A stretch of DNA of 64,000 nt, taken from positions 24,739 through 88,738 of the forward strand of contig JAFDZF010000061.1 in assembly GCA_018267055.1 (NCBI GenBank), given 5' to 3'. The first letter of the stretch is position 1. Every line of letters starts with the position of its first letter. Source of the DNA: Bacteroidota bacterium (GTDB lineage Bacteria > Bacteroidota > Bacteroidia > Flavobacteriales_F > PHOS-HE28). The notes beneath the pieces are model-generated. The model was given only the letters and a program-made list of their open reading frames with translations. It searched no databases and was not told where the DNA came from. The translations under genes were made by a program, and so were the position numbers. Shown one piece after another: positions 31,575 through 42,296 of this stretch.

Positions 31575-33635
31575 TCACTCGAGCCCGGCGATGAAGGTCA
31601 CCGTGCCCCGCCGCTCGAACTTCTTGCCCGCCCCGTTCTGGAAGGAGCAGAAGTAGGCGTACACGCCCTGCGGAACGAAGTTCCCGTCCACCCGGCCGTC
31701 CCAGGCCTGATCGGGGTCGGTGGTGCTCCAGATGGACTGGCCCCAGCGGTTGAAGATGGTGAACCCGTACTGGCGCACGTCCACATAGGCCAGCACCGGC
31801 TTGAACAGGTTGTTCACCCCGCCGGCGATGAAGGCATTGGGGATCCAGACCTCCTCCTCCTGCACCGCGCAGGCGATGTTGCTCAGCGAGGTGGCATCGA
31901 TCAGCGAGGCGTTGCCGGCCTCCACCGCTTCCACATAGTAGCAGAACAGGCCGTTGCCCGCGGTGAAGGCGCGCACATCGTCGGTATAGCTCCACTCCCC
32001 GGGCGGGTTCACGGCGATGGGTGCGAACGGGCCATTGTCCAGGCTGCGGTAGATAGTGTAGCCGCTCACCAGGCCGGCCCATTGGACGTAGCCGTTCCAG
32101 CGCAGGCGGTTGGTGCCGTCCAGCTCGCCCTGGGCCAGCAGCAGCATGGAGGTGCCCACGTTGCTGGTGAGGGCCGCCACGCCGCAGCTGTCGTCCACCA
32201 CCACGCGGTAGGTGTAGCTGCGCTCCTGCGTCAAGGCGTCAAGGTCGTTGAAGACCACGGTCGGCGCGATGCCCCCCGGGACGGAGGCCACCTCTTCCCA
32301 GGGCCCACCGTTGAAGGTGCGCTCCAGGCGGTAGCGGCGCGCGGTGGCGGAGAGGTCCACGCTGTCGACGATCATCACGTGCCCGGGCCCTTCCACCGTG
32401 GCCATGCGCAGGTAGTTCCACTGCGGCACGGCGGGATAGGCGGTGGTGCGGCACACCTTGTTGGAGAGCGCCACGTGCACGGGCGTGTCGCCGCGCGCCT
32501 TGATCACATAGCAATAGGTGCGGTCGGGATCGACGTTCGCGTGCAGGTAGGTGCGCACGTTCGCGGCGAAGGTGCCCAGCAGGATGGATGGCCCGCCGTC
32601 GATATAGGTGTAAAGGTCATAGCCCGCCACCGGCCAGCCCTGGTAGGCGGTCCAATCCAGGCGCACGTTGCCGGCGCACCGGTCATAGGCGGAGGTCAGG
32701 TACACCGAGGTGTGGGGCGGGTCGGTGGCACTGGTGTTCGGGCTGGGCGGCGTCCCTTTCCAGCAGGTATCGATGGCCGCGATGGTGTACGATTCGGGTC
32801 CCGAGCCGGCATCGCTGAACAGCCAGGTGTACTGGGTGTTGAACTGGCCGTAGATCGTGTCCAGGATCACATTGCCCGTTTCGGTCACCAGCACGATGAT
32901 GTAGCCGTCGGTATCGGGCTCGGGGCTGGGGTCCCAGTCCACCACGCTCTGGTTGGTGGCGGTGTCCACGCTCACCGTCACCACGATGGGGACGCTGGGC
33001 GGGGTGACGTCCTGGAACATCGCGCCAGTGATGTTGCTGCTGTTGACGCAGCCGCTCGCGTCGGGCAGGTCGATGCGGAAGGAGAGCGAATCCTCGCAGA
33101 TGCTCACCACCTGCGCCGCGAAATGGCCCGTGTTCACCACCCGCTCCACCTCGCTCCAGACGCCGAGGGGGTATTCCATGTGCACCTGGAAGCTGTCGGC
33201 CGCGGTGGCCAGCGGCGGCAGGTGCGGCAGGGTCCAGTCCTGCACGGCGCTGCCCAGGGGCACGCTCAGGTTCACCTGCAGGAAGATCGTGGCGAGGGTA
33301 TCGCTGGGCACGGACACGTTCGGGGAGGCCGAGGTGGACGTGGTGGTGAGGTAGTAGTACTGGGGCCCCGTACCCGCGGCAGCGCCAGCATGGACGAAGG
33401 TGGTCTGCGCCAGGACGCCCACCGTGGAGAGGAGCGTGAACGGTCCGCCGGCGGCCGACGCGTGATAGATGTCGTACTGGAGGAACTCGCCCGTGGGGTC
33501 GGCCGGGGGCACCCAGGTGAGGGTGACGTCGCCGGCCAGGTCCACGGACAGGCAGCGCAGGGAGGGCGGGTCGAGCACGGTGGCCCGGGCACCCGCCGCC
33601 CACAGGAGGACGGCCGCCATGGCGAGGGGACGCAT
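31575..33635 (-). CDS. Large Fn3/Ig-like surface protein with gliding-type (T9SS type B) C-terminal domain
   Basis: C-terminal [19 protein letters not shown]...[12 protein letters not shown]...[17 protein letters not shown] signature. Signal peptide at the internal ATG 33635. Confidence 0.85.
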   Translation of the reverse strand: MRPLAMAAVLLWAAGARATVLDPPSLRCLSVDLAGDVTLTWVPPADPTGEFLQYDIYHASAAGGPFTLLSTVGVLAQTTFVHAGAAAGTGPQYYYLTTTSTSASPNVSVPSDTLATIFLQVNLSVPLGSAVQDWTLPHLPPLATAADSFQVHMEYPLGVWSEVERVVNTGHFAAQVVSICEDSLSFRIDLPDASGCVNSSNITGAMFQDVTPPSVPIVVTVSVDTATNQSVVDWDPSPEPDTDGYIIVLVTETGNVILDTIYGQFNTQYTWLFSDAGSGPESYTIAAIDTCWKGTPPSPNTSATDPPHTSVYLTSAYDRCAGNVRLDWTAYQGWPVAGYDLYTYIDGGPSILLGTFAANVRTYLHANVDPDRTYCYVIKARGDTPVHVALSNKVCRTTAYPAVPQWNYLRMATVEGPGHVMIVDSVDLSATARRYRLERTFNGGPWEEVASVPGGIAPTVVFNDLDALTQERSYTYRVVVDDSCGVAALTSNVGTSMLLLAQGELDGTNRLRWNGYVQWAGLVSGYTIYRSLDNGPFAPIAVNPPGEWSYTDDVRAFTAGNGLFCYYVEAVEAGNASLIDATSLSNIACAVQEEEVWIPNAFIAGGVNNLFKPVLAYVDVRQYGFTIFNRWGQSIWSTTDPDQAWDGRVDGNFVPQGVYAYFCSFQNGAGKKFERRGTVTFIAGLE

Positions 33636-33721
33636 CTTGCAAGAACGCGGGACCTGCATGATCCTTGCTGGTAGGAAGACGGCCGGAAGGCCGCTCCTGT
33701 TGCCGCGCTGCACGGACCGGT

Positions 33722-34675
33722 TCACGGGGCGGTGGGCACGGGGGAAAGGGCCGCCCGTGCCTGCTCGTATTCGGACAGCACCCGGCGCAGGATGTCACCG
33801 GCGGGCGCAATGTCGCGGATGGCGCCGCCCACCTGGCCGATCTCCAGCTCGCCCTGCTCCAGGTCGCCCTCGAACATGCCGCGCTTGGCGCGGGCGCGGC
33901 CGAGCAGGGCCTTGAGCTCGTCCACGGAGGCGCACCGGGCATAGGCGGCCTGCACCTCGGCGAAGAAGGCGTTCCGCATCATGCGAACGGGGGCCAGTTC
34001 CTTGAGCGTGAGGAGGGTATCCCCTTCCTGACTGGCGATGATGCGCTGCTTGAAGGCGGGGTGGCCGCTGGATTCCTCGGAGCAGACGAAACGGCTGCCC
34101 ATCTGCACCCCATCGGCCCCCAGGGCCATGGCGGCGAGCATGGCGCGGCCATCGGCGATGCCGCCCGCGGCGATCACCGGCACCTGCACGGCATCGCGGA
34201 CCATGGGCACCAGCACCAGGGTGGTGGTCTCCTCGCGCCCATTGTGGCCGCCGGCCTCGAAGCCCTCGGCCACCACGGCGTCCACCCCGGCGGCCTCGGC
34301 CTTGCGGGCGAACTTCACGCTGGCGATCACGTGCACCACGGTGATGCCCCGCTCTTTTAGCCAGCCGGTCCAGGTGGCCGGGTTGCCGGCGCTGGTGAAC
34401 ACGATGCGCACGCCCTCTTCCGCGATGATCGCCAGGTGCTTGTCCACATCGGGGTACAGCATGGGCACGTTCACGGCGAAGGGCTTGTCGGTGGCCGCCT
34501 TGCACTTGCGGATGTGCTCCCGAAGCACGTCGGGGTACATGGAGCCGGACCCGATGATGCCCAGGCCGCCCGCCTGGCTGACGGCGGCGGCGAGCCGCCA
34601 CCCCGAGCACCAGATCATGCCCGCCTGGACAACCGGGTACCGGACCCCGAGCAGGGAAGTAAGACGGTTGGTCAC
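33722..34675 (-). CDS. Nitronate monooxygenase / FabK-like FMN-dependent oxidoreductase (NMO family)
   Basis: YPVVQAGMIW, GGLGIIG, and GFEAGGHNG...VIAAGGIADG. Confidence 0.85.
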   Translation of the reverse strand: MTNRLTSLLGVRYPVVQAGMIWCSGWRLAAAVSQAGGLGIIGSGSMYPDVLREHIRKCKAATDKPFAVNVPMLYPDVDKHLAIIAEEGVRIVFTSAGNPATWTGWLKERGITVVHVIASVKFARKAEAAGVDAVVAEGFEAGGHNGREETTTLVLVPMVRDAVQVPVIAAGGIADGRAMLAAMALGADGVQMGSRFVCSEESSGHPAFKQRIIASQEGDTLLTLKELAPVRMMRNAFFAEVQAAYARCASVDELKALLGRARAKRGMFEGDLEQGELEIGQVGGAIRDIAPAGDILRRVLSEYEQARAALSPVPTAP

Positions 34676-34785
34676 GCGCGCCGGGCCTGGGAAAGAAGGC
34701 GGGCGAAGTTAGCGCCCGTCGGATCGCCACATCGATGTTGATATCCCGTTGATCGCCAACTCCGTACAAGAGCAGCGACTTTTCC

Positions 34786-34793
34786 TAAGTTTG
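34786..34793 (+). promoter_or_regulatory. Candidate -7 promoter box TAAGTTTG
   Basis: Exact TAnnTTTG match 13 nt upstream of ATG 34806 (28-37 nt upstream of the alternative ATGs at 34821 and 34830). Confidence 0.4.
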
Positions 34794-34805
34794 CCCGTCC
34801 ACGAT

Positions 34806-35795
34806 ATGGACACGCTCCGGATGCGCGCACGGATGATCAAAGGGGCCTTGGTGCTCGGACTGGTGACGGTCCTGGGCGCGGACGTGCAGGCGCAGTACGC
34901 CTGGGACATCGGCTTCCACCTGGGCGGCGCGAACTACCTGGGCGAGATGGGCGGCAAGGAGAAGCCGCGGCGCGACTTCATCTGGGACCTGAAGATGAAC
35001 CAGACGCGCTGGGCCATCGGCGGCTTCGCGCGGCGGAAGATCAACCGCTTCCTTTCGATCAACGGCGGCCTCCTCTATTTCCGCATCCAGGGCGCCGACG
35101 CCAACAGCGAGAACCCCGCCCGTGTAGGCCGCAACCTGAATTTCCGCAACGACATGTTCGAGCTGTACGTGCGGCCGGAGTTCACCCTGTTCCAGGACAA
35201 CGACCTGGGTGGGCACGGCCGGTACCGCACGGACTTCCGCTTGTTCGCCTACGTGGGGGCCGCGCTGTACTACAGCAATCCCAAGGCGCGGCTGAACGGA
35301 GAAGGTGATTTCGTGCCGCTGCGCGACCTCAAGACCGAGATGGCGGACTACTCCAACCTCGGCGTAGCCATCCCGGCCGGCATGGGCTTCCACTTCACCA
35401 TCCGGCGCCGCCACCGCATCGGCTGGGACTTCGGCTGGCGCACCACCTTCTCGGACTACATCGACGACGCCAGCACCACCTATGCCGACCCCGCGCTGCT
35501 CCAGGGGCAGCAGGCCGTCGACATGGCGAACCAGCGCCCCTACCTGGTGGACGTGGACCCCGGCACCCCGGGCGACCAGGTGGAAACGCAGAACGGGACC
35601 ATCGTCACCGTACCGAACGCCATCCAGTACACCAAGGGGCTGAAGCGCGGCGATCCCACGCACAACGACAGCTACCTCACGATGACCTTCACGTACAGCT
35701 ATGTGCTGAGGGGGCAATCGAACTTCTACCACCAGCGCTACAACTGGATGCGCGGCAAGAAGCGCATCGGCCGCAAGAGCCGGGCGAAGTTCTAA
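34806..35795 (+). CDS. Outer-membrane beta-barrel protein (DUF6089-like)
   Basis: Signal peptide ...LGLVTVLGADVQAQ, an alternating beta pattern, and a C-terminal aromatic (KF). The start is ambiguous: 34806, 34821 or 34830. Confidence 0.55.
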   Translation: MDTLRMRARMIKGALVLGLVTVLGADVQAQYAWDIGFHLGGANYLGEMGGKEKPRRDFIWDLKMNQTRWAIGGFARRKINRFLSINGGLLYFRIQGADANSENPARVGRNLNFRNDMFELYVRPEFTLFQDNDLGGHGRYRTDFRLFAYVGAALYYSNPKARLNGEGDFVPLRDLKTEMADYSNLGVAIPAGMGFHFTIRRRHRIGWDFGWRTTFSDYIDDASTTYADPALLQGQQAVDMANQRPYLVDVDPGTPGDQVETQNGTIVTVPNAIQYTKGLKRGDPTHNDSYLTMTFTYSYVLRGQSNFYHQRYNWMRGKKRIGRKSRAKF

Positions 35796-35816
35796 GCGAC
35801 GTCCGAACGATACAGG

Positions 35817-35840
35817 AAGGGGCTTCGGCCCCTTTCTTCT
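35817..35840. terminator. Bidirectional terminator hairpin between convergent genes
   Basis: AAGGGGC-TTCG-GCCCCTT stem-loop followed by TCTTCTT. It lies between the stops at 35795 (+) and 35878 (-). Confidence 0.5.
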
Positions 35841-35877
35841 TGGATATCCCGTCCCGGCTGTTCCGCTGGAAGGCGGG

Positions 35878-37767
35878 CTATACCTCAATCGCGTTGCGCT
35901 CCAGCCAATCCTCCAACACCACCAAGTGCCAAAGGCGCGCCCAGCTGATCCGCATATCTCCGGCCAAAAAGCCCCCCCACGTGCGGTCCAGGGCTTCGGG
36001 ATGGAGAACGCCACGCCTTCCCAATGCTTCCAGGCGTACCGCGCAGAATTCCCGTAACGCCCCCCTCATCCATTGGATCCAGGGAAGGGCGAAGCCCATC
36101 TTGGGCCGCTCCACGATCTCCCGCGGCAGCAGGTCGCCCAATGCGCGCACCAGAAGGGGTTTCGGGGTATGTGGGTACTTGAGGGCATCGCCGATGCCGA
36201 GCACCAGCTCCACCAACTCGTGGTCCAGGAAGGGCACGCGCACTTCCAGGGCATGGGCCATGCTCATCTGGTCCGTGTCGCGCAGGAGGATGTTGGGCAG
36301 GTAGGTGCTCAGCTCGCCCAGGGATACCTGGCTCAGCAGCGGCAGGCGATGGCCCTGCTGCTCACGCAGGAGCGTGCGCATGATCCCCTGGACCCGGTCC
36401 GGTGGCAACGGGGAACCGGTCAGCTCGGCCAGGTCCTGGTCGTTGAGGATGCGGCGGGAAAGCGGATACGTGTCGTCGATGGCGGCGACCCCGCTCCGCA
36501 GCAGCTCGGCCATGCGCAGGCGGGTGCGGGAAGGTTTCACCGCGGTGAGCAGGGCGGCCGCGCCGCGGCGGGCCACCGAGGGCACCCGCGTTAACCACCG
36601 TGCCCGTTGGATCGCCAGGCTGCGCTTGAAGACCGGGTAGCCAGCGAAGATCTCGTCGCTGCCGAGCCCCGACAGGGCCATCGTGATGCCCGCACGCTTG
36701 GTGACCTTGCTGACGACGTAGGTGTTCGGCCCGTCACCGCTCGGATGGTCCATGGCCGCGAACACATCGGGCAGTTCCGCCAGGATGTCCTCCGGCCGCA
36801 AGCGGATCGCGGTATGGTGCGTGCCGAACCGGCCCGCCACGATCCGTGCGAACCGCTCCTCGCTGAACTCGGACTCGTCGAACACCACCGAGAAGGTGTG
36901 CAGGGGCGCATGGCTCACTTCCGCCATCAGGCCGACGATGGCGCTGGAGTCGATGCCGCCGGACAGGAAGGCCCCGAAGGGCACATCGGCCACCAAGCGC
37001 CGCTCCACCGCCCGGGCCAGGTGCTCGCGCACCTCCTTCAGCGCGCGTTCCGGCGAGAGCCCGGCCGCATCGGTGCGGACACTGGTGATCGGGTCCCACC
37101 AGCACTGCTGCTCGATGCGTCCCTGTCCCACCCGCAGCCAGTGGCCGGGCATCAGCATCCGAACGCCGCGCACGATCGTCGCGGGCGCATGCACGGTCTG
37201 GTAGCGCACGTAATCGACCAGGGAAGCGGGATCGAGCTTCCGCGGCACCAGGCCCGAGGCGAGCAACGCCCGCAGCTCGCTGGCGAACAGGAGGCGCCCG
37301 TCGCTTTCATGGATGTACAGCGGCTTCACGCCGAGGCGGTCGCGGGCGATGAACAGCTCCCGCTGCGCACGGTCCCAAATGGCGAAGGCGAACATCCCCT
37401 TCAAGCGGGGAAGGCACGCGGCGCCCCAGGTGGCGTAAGCGGCCAGGAGGACCTCCGTGTCGGAGCGCGTGCGGAAGGCCGGTGGAACAGGCGCCTGCCG
37501 CTCCAGCTCCGCGCGCAGTTCCTGGTAGTTGTAGATCTCACCGTTGAAGGCGATGACGTACCGGCCGTCCGCGCTGTGGAACGGCTGGTCCGAGGCGTGC
37601 GACAGGTCGATGATGCTCAGGCGGCGATGGCCCAGGGCCACCGCATCGTCCGTCCAGGCGCCCTCGGCATCGGGGCCGCGGTGGGCCAGCGCATCCGTCA
37701 TGTGGCGTACCAACCGCCCGGGATCATCGATCCCCCGCAGCCCATGGACGCCCGCGATGCCGCACAT
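35878..37767 (-). CDS. asnB: Asparagine synthase (glutamine-hydrolysing)-family amidotransferase
   Basis: Ntn start MCGIAG at the internal ATG 37767. PP-loop SGGIDSS. About 630 aa. Its position in a polysaccharide locus suggests a sugar amidotransferase role. Confidence 0.85.
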   Translation of the reverse strand: MCGIAGVHGLRGIDDPGRLVRHMTDALAHRGPDAEGAWTDDAVALGHRRLSIIDLSHASDQPFHSADGRYVIAFNGEIYNYQELRAELERQAPVPPAFRTRSDTEVLLAAYATWGAACLPRLKGMFAFAIWDRAQRELFIARDRLGVKPLYIHESDGRLLFASELRALLASGLVPRKLDPASLVDYVRYQTVHAPATIVRGVRMLMPGHWLRVGQGRIEQQCWWDPITSVRTDAAGLSPERALKEVREHLARAVERRLVADVPFGAFLSGGIDSSAIVGLMAEVSHAPLHTFSVVFDESEFSEERFARIVAGRFGTHHTAIRLRPEDILAELPDVFAAMDHPSGDGPNTYVVSKVTKRAGITMALSGLGSDEIFAGYPVFKRSLAIQRARWLTRVPSVARRGAAALLTAVKPSRTRLRMAELLRSGVAAIDDTYPLSRRILNDQDLAELTGSPLPPDRVQGIMRTLLREQQGHRLPLLSQVSLGELSTYLPNILLRDTDQMSMAHALEVRVPFLDHELVELVLGIGDALKYPHTPKPLLVRALGDLLPREIVERPKMGFALPWIQWMRGALREFCAVRLEALGRRGVLHPEALDRTWGGFLAGDMRISWARLWHLVVLEDWLERNAIEV

Positions 37768-37768
37768 C

Positions 37769-38707
37769 TCAATCGAGGATGAAGCGCGTGTCGGCAAGCA
37801 CGCGCTGCAGGCCCTCGCGCAGCGGCAACAGGTCGCGGCCGAGCAGGCGGCGCATCTGGGTGATGTCGGGCATGCGGCGCGTCATGTCCCCTTCGGCCAG
37901 GGGCGGCAGGTGCACGATGCGCGACGTGCTCCCGGTGAGCTCCACGATAGCCTGCGCCAGGTCCAGGATGGTGATCTCCTGGTCGCTGCCGATGTTCACC
38001 ACGTCGTTCACCACCTGGTCCGTGCGGAAGGCCGCGAGGCAGGCGTCCACGTTGTCGTCGATGTAGCAGAAGGTGCGCGTCTGCCGGCCGTCGCCGTAGA
38101 GAGTGATGTCCGTCCCCGTGAGCGCGGCCCGGATGAACTTGCTCACCACGAAGTCCTTGCTCTGCTTGGGGCCGTAGGTATTGAAGAAGCGGAACACGGT
38201 GTAGTCCAGGCCGTACTCCTTGCGGTAGCTGCGCAGGAAGGCCTCACCGATGTTCTTCACGATGGCATAGGGCAGCTTGCTGTTGAGGGGCGTGGTGTGC
38301 TCGTTCTGCGGGATCTGCACCGGCTCGCCGTACACTTCGCTGCTGCTGCTGAAGAAGACGCGCTTCACGCCGGTGTTCTTGCACAGGTCGAGCACGTTTC
38401 GGATGCCATCGATGTCGCGCAGCACCATCACCGGATGGTCCGTGGTGCGCTTCACCCCCACCACCGCCGCGCAGTGGAAGACGTATTCGAAACGGTAGGC
38501 ATAGAACACGCTGCTGATGTCCTCGAAGCGGTTGACGTCGCACTTGATGAAGTGCAGGTTCGGGAGCGTGTCCAGCGGCAGCTTCCGCAGGTCGCCGGTC
38601 AGCAGGTTGTCCACGGCCACCACCTCGTTCGCCGGGTCTTGGGCCAGGCGCGACGCCAGCTCACTGGGGATGAAACCTGCGCCACCGGTAACAAGGATGC
38701 GTGCCAT
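37769..38707 (-). CDS. NAD-dependent epimerase/dehydratase, UDP-glucuronate decarboxylase (UXS)-like
   Basis: [14 protein letters not shown], YxxxK (PYAIVKN), and GDGRQTRTFCYIDD. Confidence 0.8.
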   Translation of the reverse strand: MARILVTGGAGFIPSELASRLAQDPANEVVAVDNLLTGDLRKLPLDTLPNLHFIKCDVNRFEDISSVFYAYRFEYVFHCAAVVGVKRTTDHPVMVLRDIDGIRNVLDLCKNTGVKRVFFSSSSEVYGEPVQIPQNEHTTPLNSKLPYAIVKNIGEAFLRSYRKEYGLDYTVFRFFNTYGPKQSKDFVVSKFIRAALTGTDITLYGDGRQTRTFCYIDDNVDACLAAFRTDQVVNDVVNIGSDQEITILDLAQAIVELTGSTSRIVHLPPLAEGDMTRRMPDITQMRRLLGRDLLPLREGLQRVLADTRFILD

Positions 38708-38728
38708 CGGGTCCGAAACTACGGCGCG

Positions 38729-39745
38729 CTAAAGGAAGCGGCGCAGCAGCCGGCGCACGATCCAGCCGAGCACCAGCGTGACCGCCACGCCCCACCAGAA
38801 AGCGCGGTGTGTCACGGTGGTCGTGATCAGGTAGGGCAGCAGGCGCCAGCGGAAGCCTTCGCCCCCGCCCTGGTTCGCGCTCCACCACGCCGCATCGTAC
38901 TGTTCGACGGGGAGCAGCTGCTGACCGGTAAGCGAGAGGCCGGTCCACCGGACGGTATCGGGCGACACGTCGGCGATCAGCAGGGCGTCGCGCGGCTCGT
39001 CCCGCAAGGCGCACTGGATGTAGGTGATGCCCGGCGCATCCGGCTGGAAGAAGATGCTGCTGGGGGCCGTGCCGCCCATGCTGCCGCTGATCCAGTAGAT
39101 GCGCATATGCATCGCAATCCGCTGCAGGAGCGGACGGATGTCCTTCGTGAAATTGGTGCCGGTGAGCGAACGGGTGTTGCCGCGGAAGCGGGGACCGTAC
39201 CGATCATCGTCCTCGGCCCAGATGGGGCGGTGCGAAAGGATGAGCAGCTGGCGCAGGCCCGGCGTAGGAGCGTCGGCCAGCGCGCGGAGCACATCGAGGT
39301 CCGCTGCACCCAATGAGCCGCCGTTCGCTTCCGTGTCGAAGAGCAGCACCTGGGTGCCCGCCCCGCCGATCGCGATGGGACCGAGCCCGGGGGCTTCCGC
39401 TCCGCGCGCCACGTCGTGGTTGCCGGGCACGTTGAAGAAGGGCATCCGCAGCCGGTGGAAAAAGGCTCGGTCGTACCGCGGCCGGTCGGCCACCGGGTCC
39501 ATGAAGAGGTCGCCCGTGCTCAGGAACAGGCCGGCACCGAGCGCGTTGATGGTGTCCAGTCCCGCCAGGAGCGTGGCGGCCGGAAAGCCGCTGCGGTTGG
39601 TGCTTTCCCCGTGGAAGTGCCCGCCGATCAGGATCCGGAAATGGCCGGTGCTGTCCGCCGCACCCACCTCCAGGCCGTTGAACGGGCTGCGTTGCGCGCT
39701 CGCGCCAACGGCGAGCAGGAGCCCGATGGCGGCCAGGGCCCTCAT
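38729..39745 (-). CDS. Membrane-anchored calcineurin-like metallophosphoesterase
   Basis: Signal peptide MRALAAIGLLLAVGASAQ. Metallophosphatase motifs GGHFHG, TGDLF and PGNHD. C-terminal TM FWWGVAVTLVLGWIV. ATGA overlap with the upstream gene. Confidence 0.7.
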   Translation of the reverse strand: MRALAAIGLLLAVGASAQRSPFNGLEVGAADSTGHFRILIGGHFHGESTNRSGFPAATLLAGLDTINALGAGLFLSTGDLFMDPVADRPRYDRAFFHRLRMPFFNVPGNHDVARGAEAPGLGPIAIGGAGTQVLLFDTEANGGSLGAADLDVLRALADAPTPGLRQLLILSHRPIWAEDDDRYGPRFRGNTRSLTGTNFTKDIRPLLQRIAMHMRIYWISGSMGGTAPSSIFFQPDAPGITYIQCALRDEPRDALLIADVSPDTVRWTGLSLTGQQLLPVEQYDAAWWSANQGGGEGFRWRLLPYLITTTVTHRAFWWGVAVTLVLGWIVRRLLRRFL

Positions 39746-42219
39746 TCGGCGGCCGTGTTCATGGCATCCCGTACCGGCCGGCCGTCCACATCGATCACGC
39801 CGCCGGCGCCGATGTCGTACGCCCCGGGCCCGTCCGGCACGGCCACGTTCTCCAGGCGGATCCGCGGGGGGCCGTAGCGCATCTCGCTCTTGCCGGCATG
39901 GGCGGCCGGCGCCCCGCGGAGCGTCCCGCCCTGCATCGTGATCAGCGCCCCCTGCTTGCTTTCCAGCCCCGCTCCCCCGCTCGCCACCGCACAGCCGGTG
40001 AGCGCCACTTGCGCATGGACGGACGCCTTGCAGCCGATCCCGGAGGCGCCTTCCACGGCCCCGTTGGATACCGAGAGCCCGCCGCCTTCCACGGTGATGG
40101 CATCGTCGGCCGCACCGGCGAAACGCGTGGCCGAGAGCTGTGCCTGCGCGAAGTGCGTCCGCAACTGGTCGCCTCCCCGCTCGAACGAGCAGGCGTCCAT
40201 CCGCAGCTCGCCGAGCGCCACGTCGAGGACGGTGCTGGCCGTGCCCCGGAACACCACGTGCTCGAGCGTCGCATCGGAGCGGTAGAACGACAGGTCGGCC
40301 CGTGCGCCGGACTTCCGCTGGAGCGTCAGGAGGTGCACGTGCTCCAGCCGGGAACGGCCTCCGGCCTCCAGCACATGGATGCCCTTGGAACTGCTGTCCG
40401 GGCTGGTGATGAGGATGGGGGCATCCGCGGTGGCCACCCATTGCAGGGGCGAGCGGCTGATCACTTCCGCCCCGCCCACCACCGACAGCTTCAAGGGCGC
40501 GAAGGCGTTCACCACGTAGCCGGCCGGGATCACCAGGTCGCGGTCGATGGTCCAGGCCCCCGGGGGGATCGTGATCGTGCGCGCCCGTTCATCCACCACC
40601 AGGAAGGGGAACGACGGCACGTTGGGCGCCTTGTGCGCATCGAGGCGCGCATCCTCCACGGCTTCCAGCGCGAAGGGGAAGACCTCCACCTGCTTGCGCA
40701 CGGAAGCGCCCGGGATATGGCAACCCAGCTTCATCCCCAGGGCCAGCAGGCTGTCGGTGGCCCCGGGCACCGCGAACCGCACCGCCATCGGCCGGCCCAC
40801 CTGGCCGCGTTGGCGCGCGGGCAGGACCGTGGGCGTTGCCGCGGCGATGCGCCGGCCATCGGCCAGCTCAAGACTGTCCATTTGCACGGGCAGGCTTTCC
40901 ACGGGCACGAGCAGCAGGTCGAGCGTGTCGTGCTTCAGGCCCTGGGCATAGGCGTGGAACCCTTTCGGCAGCCCCAGCAGGGTGCGGATCGCCTCCTGGT
41001 TCTTGTAGTACAGGCCGCGGTCCAGTTCCTTGTAGGGGAACTCGCCATACAGCGTGGCGCTGGCCGTGTCCAGGGCCCCGGACAGGGCGCTGAAGGCGCT
41101 GTCCAGGTAGGCGGTGCGCCCCATGCGCTCAAGGTGGTGCACGTACGCGGCGAAGATCGCCGGGGCCTTGAAGAGCGCGGTGTGCAGCTCGTCGTCGGGC
41201 CGGAACGGACCGGTGCAGCGGTAGGCGGCTCCCAACTCGCGCAACGGGAAGGCGCTGAAGCTCTCATAGCTCACCGGCTCGAGCCGCTGCATGGCGGGAT
41301 CGAAGTAGAACTTCACGTCGCTCCAATCCATGCTGCGGTACCCGCCGATGAGGTCGAGGAGGGCGAGGCGGCGCGCGGTGCGGTCCACGTCGAAGACGGC
41401 GCTCGCAGGCAGTTCACCGTTCCGGAACGCCTCCATCACGGCCAGGGCCTGCTCGAACTGCTTCCGCTGCTTGGGGTCGGCAGCGATGTCCTTGGTCCCA
41501 TAAGCATCGAGGGCCGCCGCCTGATAGGCGCCATAGGCATCGTCCACCTTGATGCCTTCCACGCCGTTGAGGCGATGCCGCCAGAACAGGCCGGGATCGA
41601 AACGGACCAGGGGACCTTCCAGCCGGCCATTGTTCTCCAGCAGCTCCGGCCCGAAATGCTCTTCGTAGGCATAGATGCCGAGGTCCTCGCCGTTCAGCTC
41701 CACGCGGCAGAAGCCATAGCGCAAGGCCACCAGCCCCTCCCCCTTCATCAGGCGGTGGTAGAACCAGTCGCAGAGGTAGTTGCGCGTGCCGGGGTGCTGC
41801 AGCGAGAAGCGCTTCATGCCGAGGAAGCCGCCGTCCTTGCGGGCCGTCACGCGGAAGCTCCATTTCCGCCCCTTCACGTGGTCGGTCATCTTGCCCTTGA
41901 TGCGCAGCTTGCCCTTGAAGGCCTGGCCGTCCGCCTCGAACCGGCCGGGCACTTCGCCCCCCTCCTCCTGCTCGATCACGCCCGCCTCCCTCGCGCGCTC
42001 CACCACGGCCTCCAGCACCGCCATGTCCTGCTCATCCACGGTGATGCGGATCACCGGCGGGTCCACCGCGAAGCTCTTCGGGTAGTTGCGCGCCCACTGG
42101 CCCAGGAAGGTCGCCAGGCCGGGATGTCCGCGCCGGTGCAGCGCACGGTCGCCGAGGAAGGCGCCCGCCGCCAGGGCGACGAGCAGGGTCGATAGGATCC
42201 AGGGCCAGCGTTTGCGCAT
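39742..42219 (-). CDS. CotH kinase-family protein fused to a C-terminal parallel beta-helix region
   Basis: N-terminal TM anchor (MRKRWPWILSTLLVALAAGAF). A CotH-like block (KGKLRIKGKMTDHVKGRKWSFRV...FSLQHPGTRNYLCDWFYHRL...VELNGEDLGIYAYEEHF). The last ~300 aa have G/A-rich PbH1-like repeats. Confidence 0.7.
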   Translation of the reverse strand: MRKRWPWILSTLLVALAAGAFLGDRALHRRGHPGLATFLGQWARNYPKSFAVDPPVIRITVDEQDMAVLEAVVERAREAGVIEQEEGGEVPGRFEADGQAFKGKLRIKGKMTDHVKGRKWSFRVTARKDGGFLGMKRFSLQHPGTRNYLCDWFYHRLMKGEGLVALRYGFCRVELNGEDLGIYAYEEHFGPELLENNGRLEGPLVRFDPGLFWRHRLNGVEGIKVDDAYGAYQAAALDAYGTKDIAADPKQRKQFEQALAVMEAFRNGELPASAVFDVDRTARRLALLDLIGGYRSMDWSDVKFYFDPAMQRLEPVSYESFSAFPLRELGAAYRCTGPFRPDDELHTALFKAPAIFAAYVHHLERMGRTAYLDSAFSALSGALDTASATLYGEFPYKELDRGLYYKNQEAIRTLLGLPKGFHAYAQGLKHDTLDLLLVPVESLPVQMDSLELADGRRIAAATPTVLPARQRGQVGRPMAVRFAVPGATDSLLALGMKLGCHIPGASVRKQVEVFPFALEAVEDARLDAHKAPNVPSFPFLVVDERARTITIPPGAWTIDRDLVIPAGYVVNAFAPLKLSVVGGAEVISRSPLQWVATADAPILITSPDSSSKGIHVLEAGGRSRLEHVHLLTLQRKSGARADLSFYRSDATLEHVVFRGTASTVLDVALGELRMDACSFERGGDQLRTHFAQAQLSATRFAGAADDAITVEGGGLSVSNGAVEGASGIGCKASVHAQVALTGCAVASGGAGLESKQGALITMQGGTLRGAPAAHAGKSEMRYGPPRIRLENVAVPDGPGAYDIGAGGVIDVDGRPVRDAMNTAAE

Positions 42220-42296
42220 CCGGTGGTTCGCGAAGCGTGCAAAAGTAGCCGGGTTCCGGGGTGCGCAGGCCGCGCGCCCAAGGGCACACCCGGACC

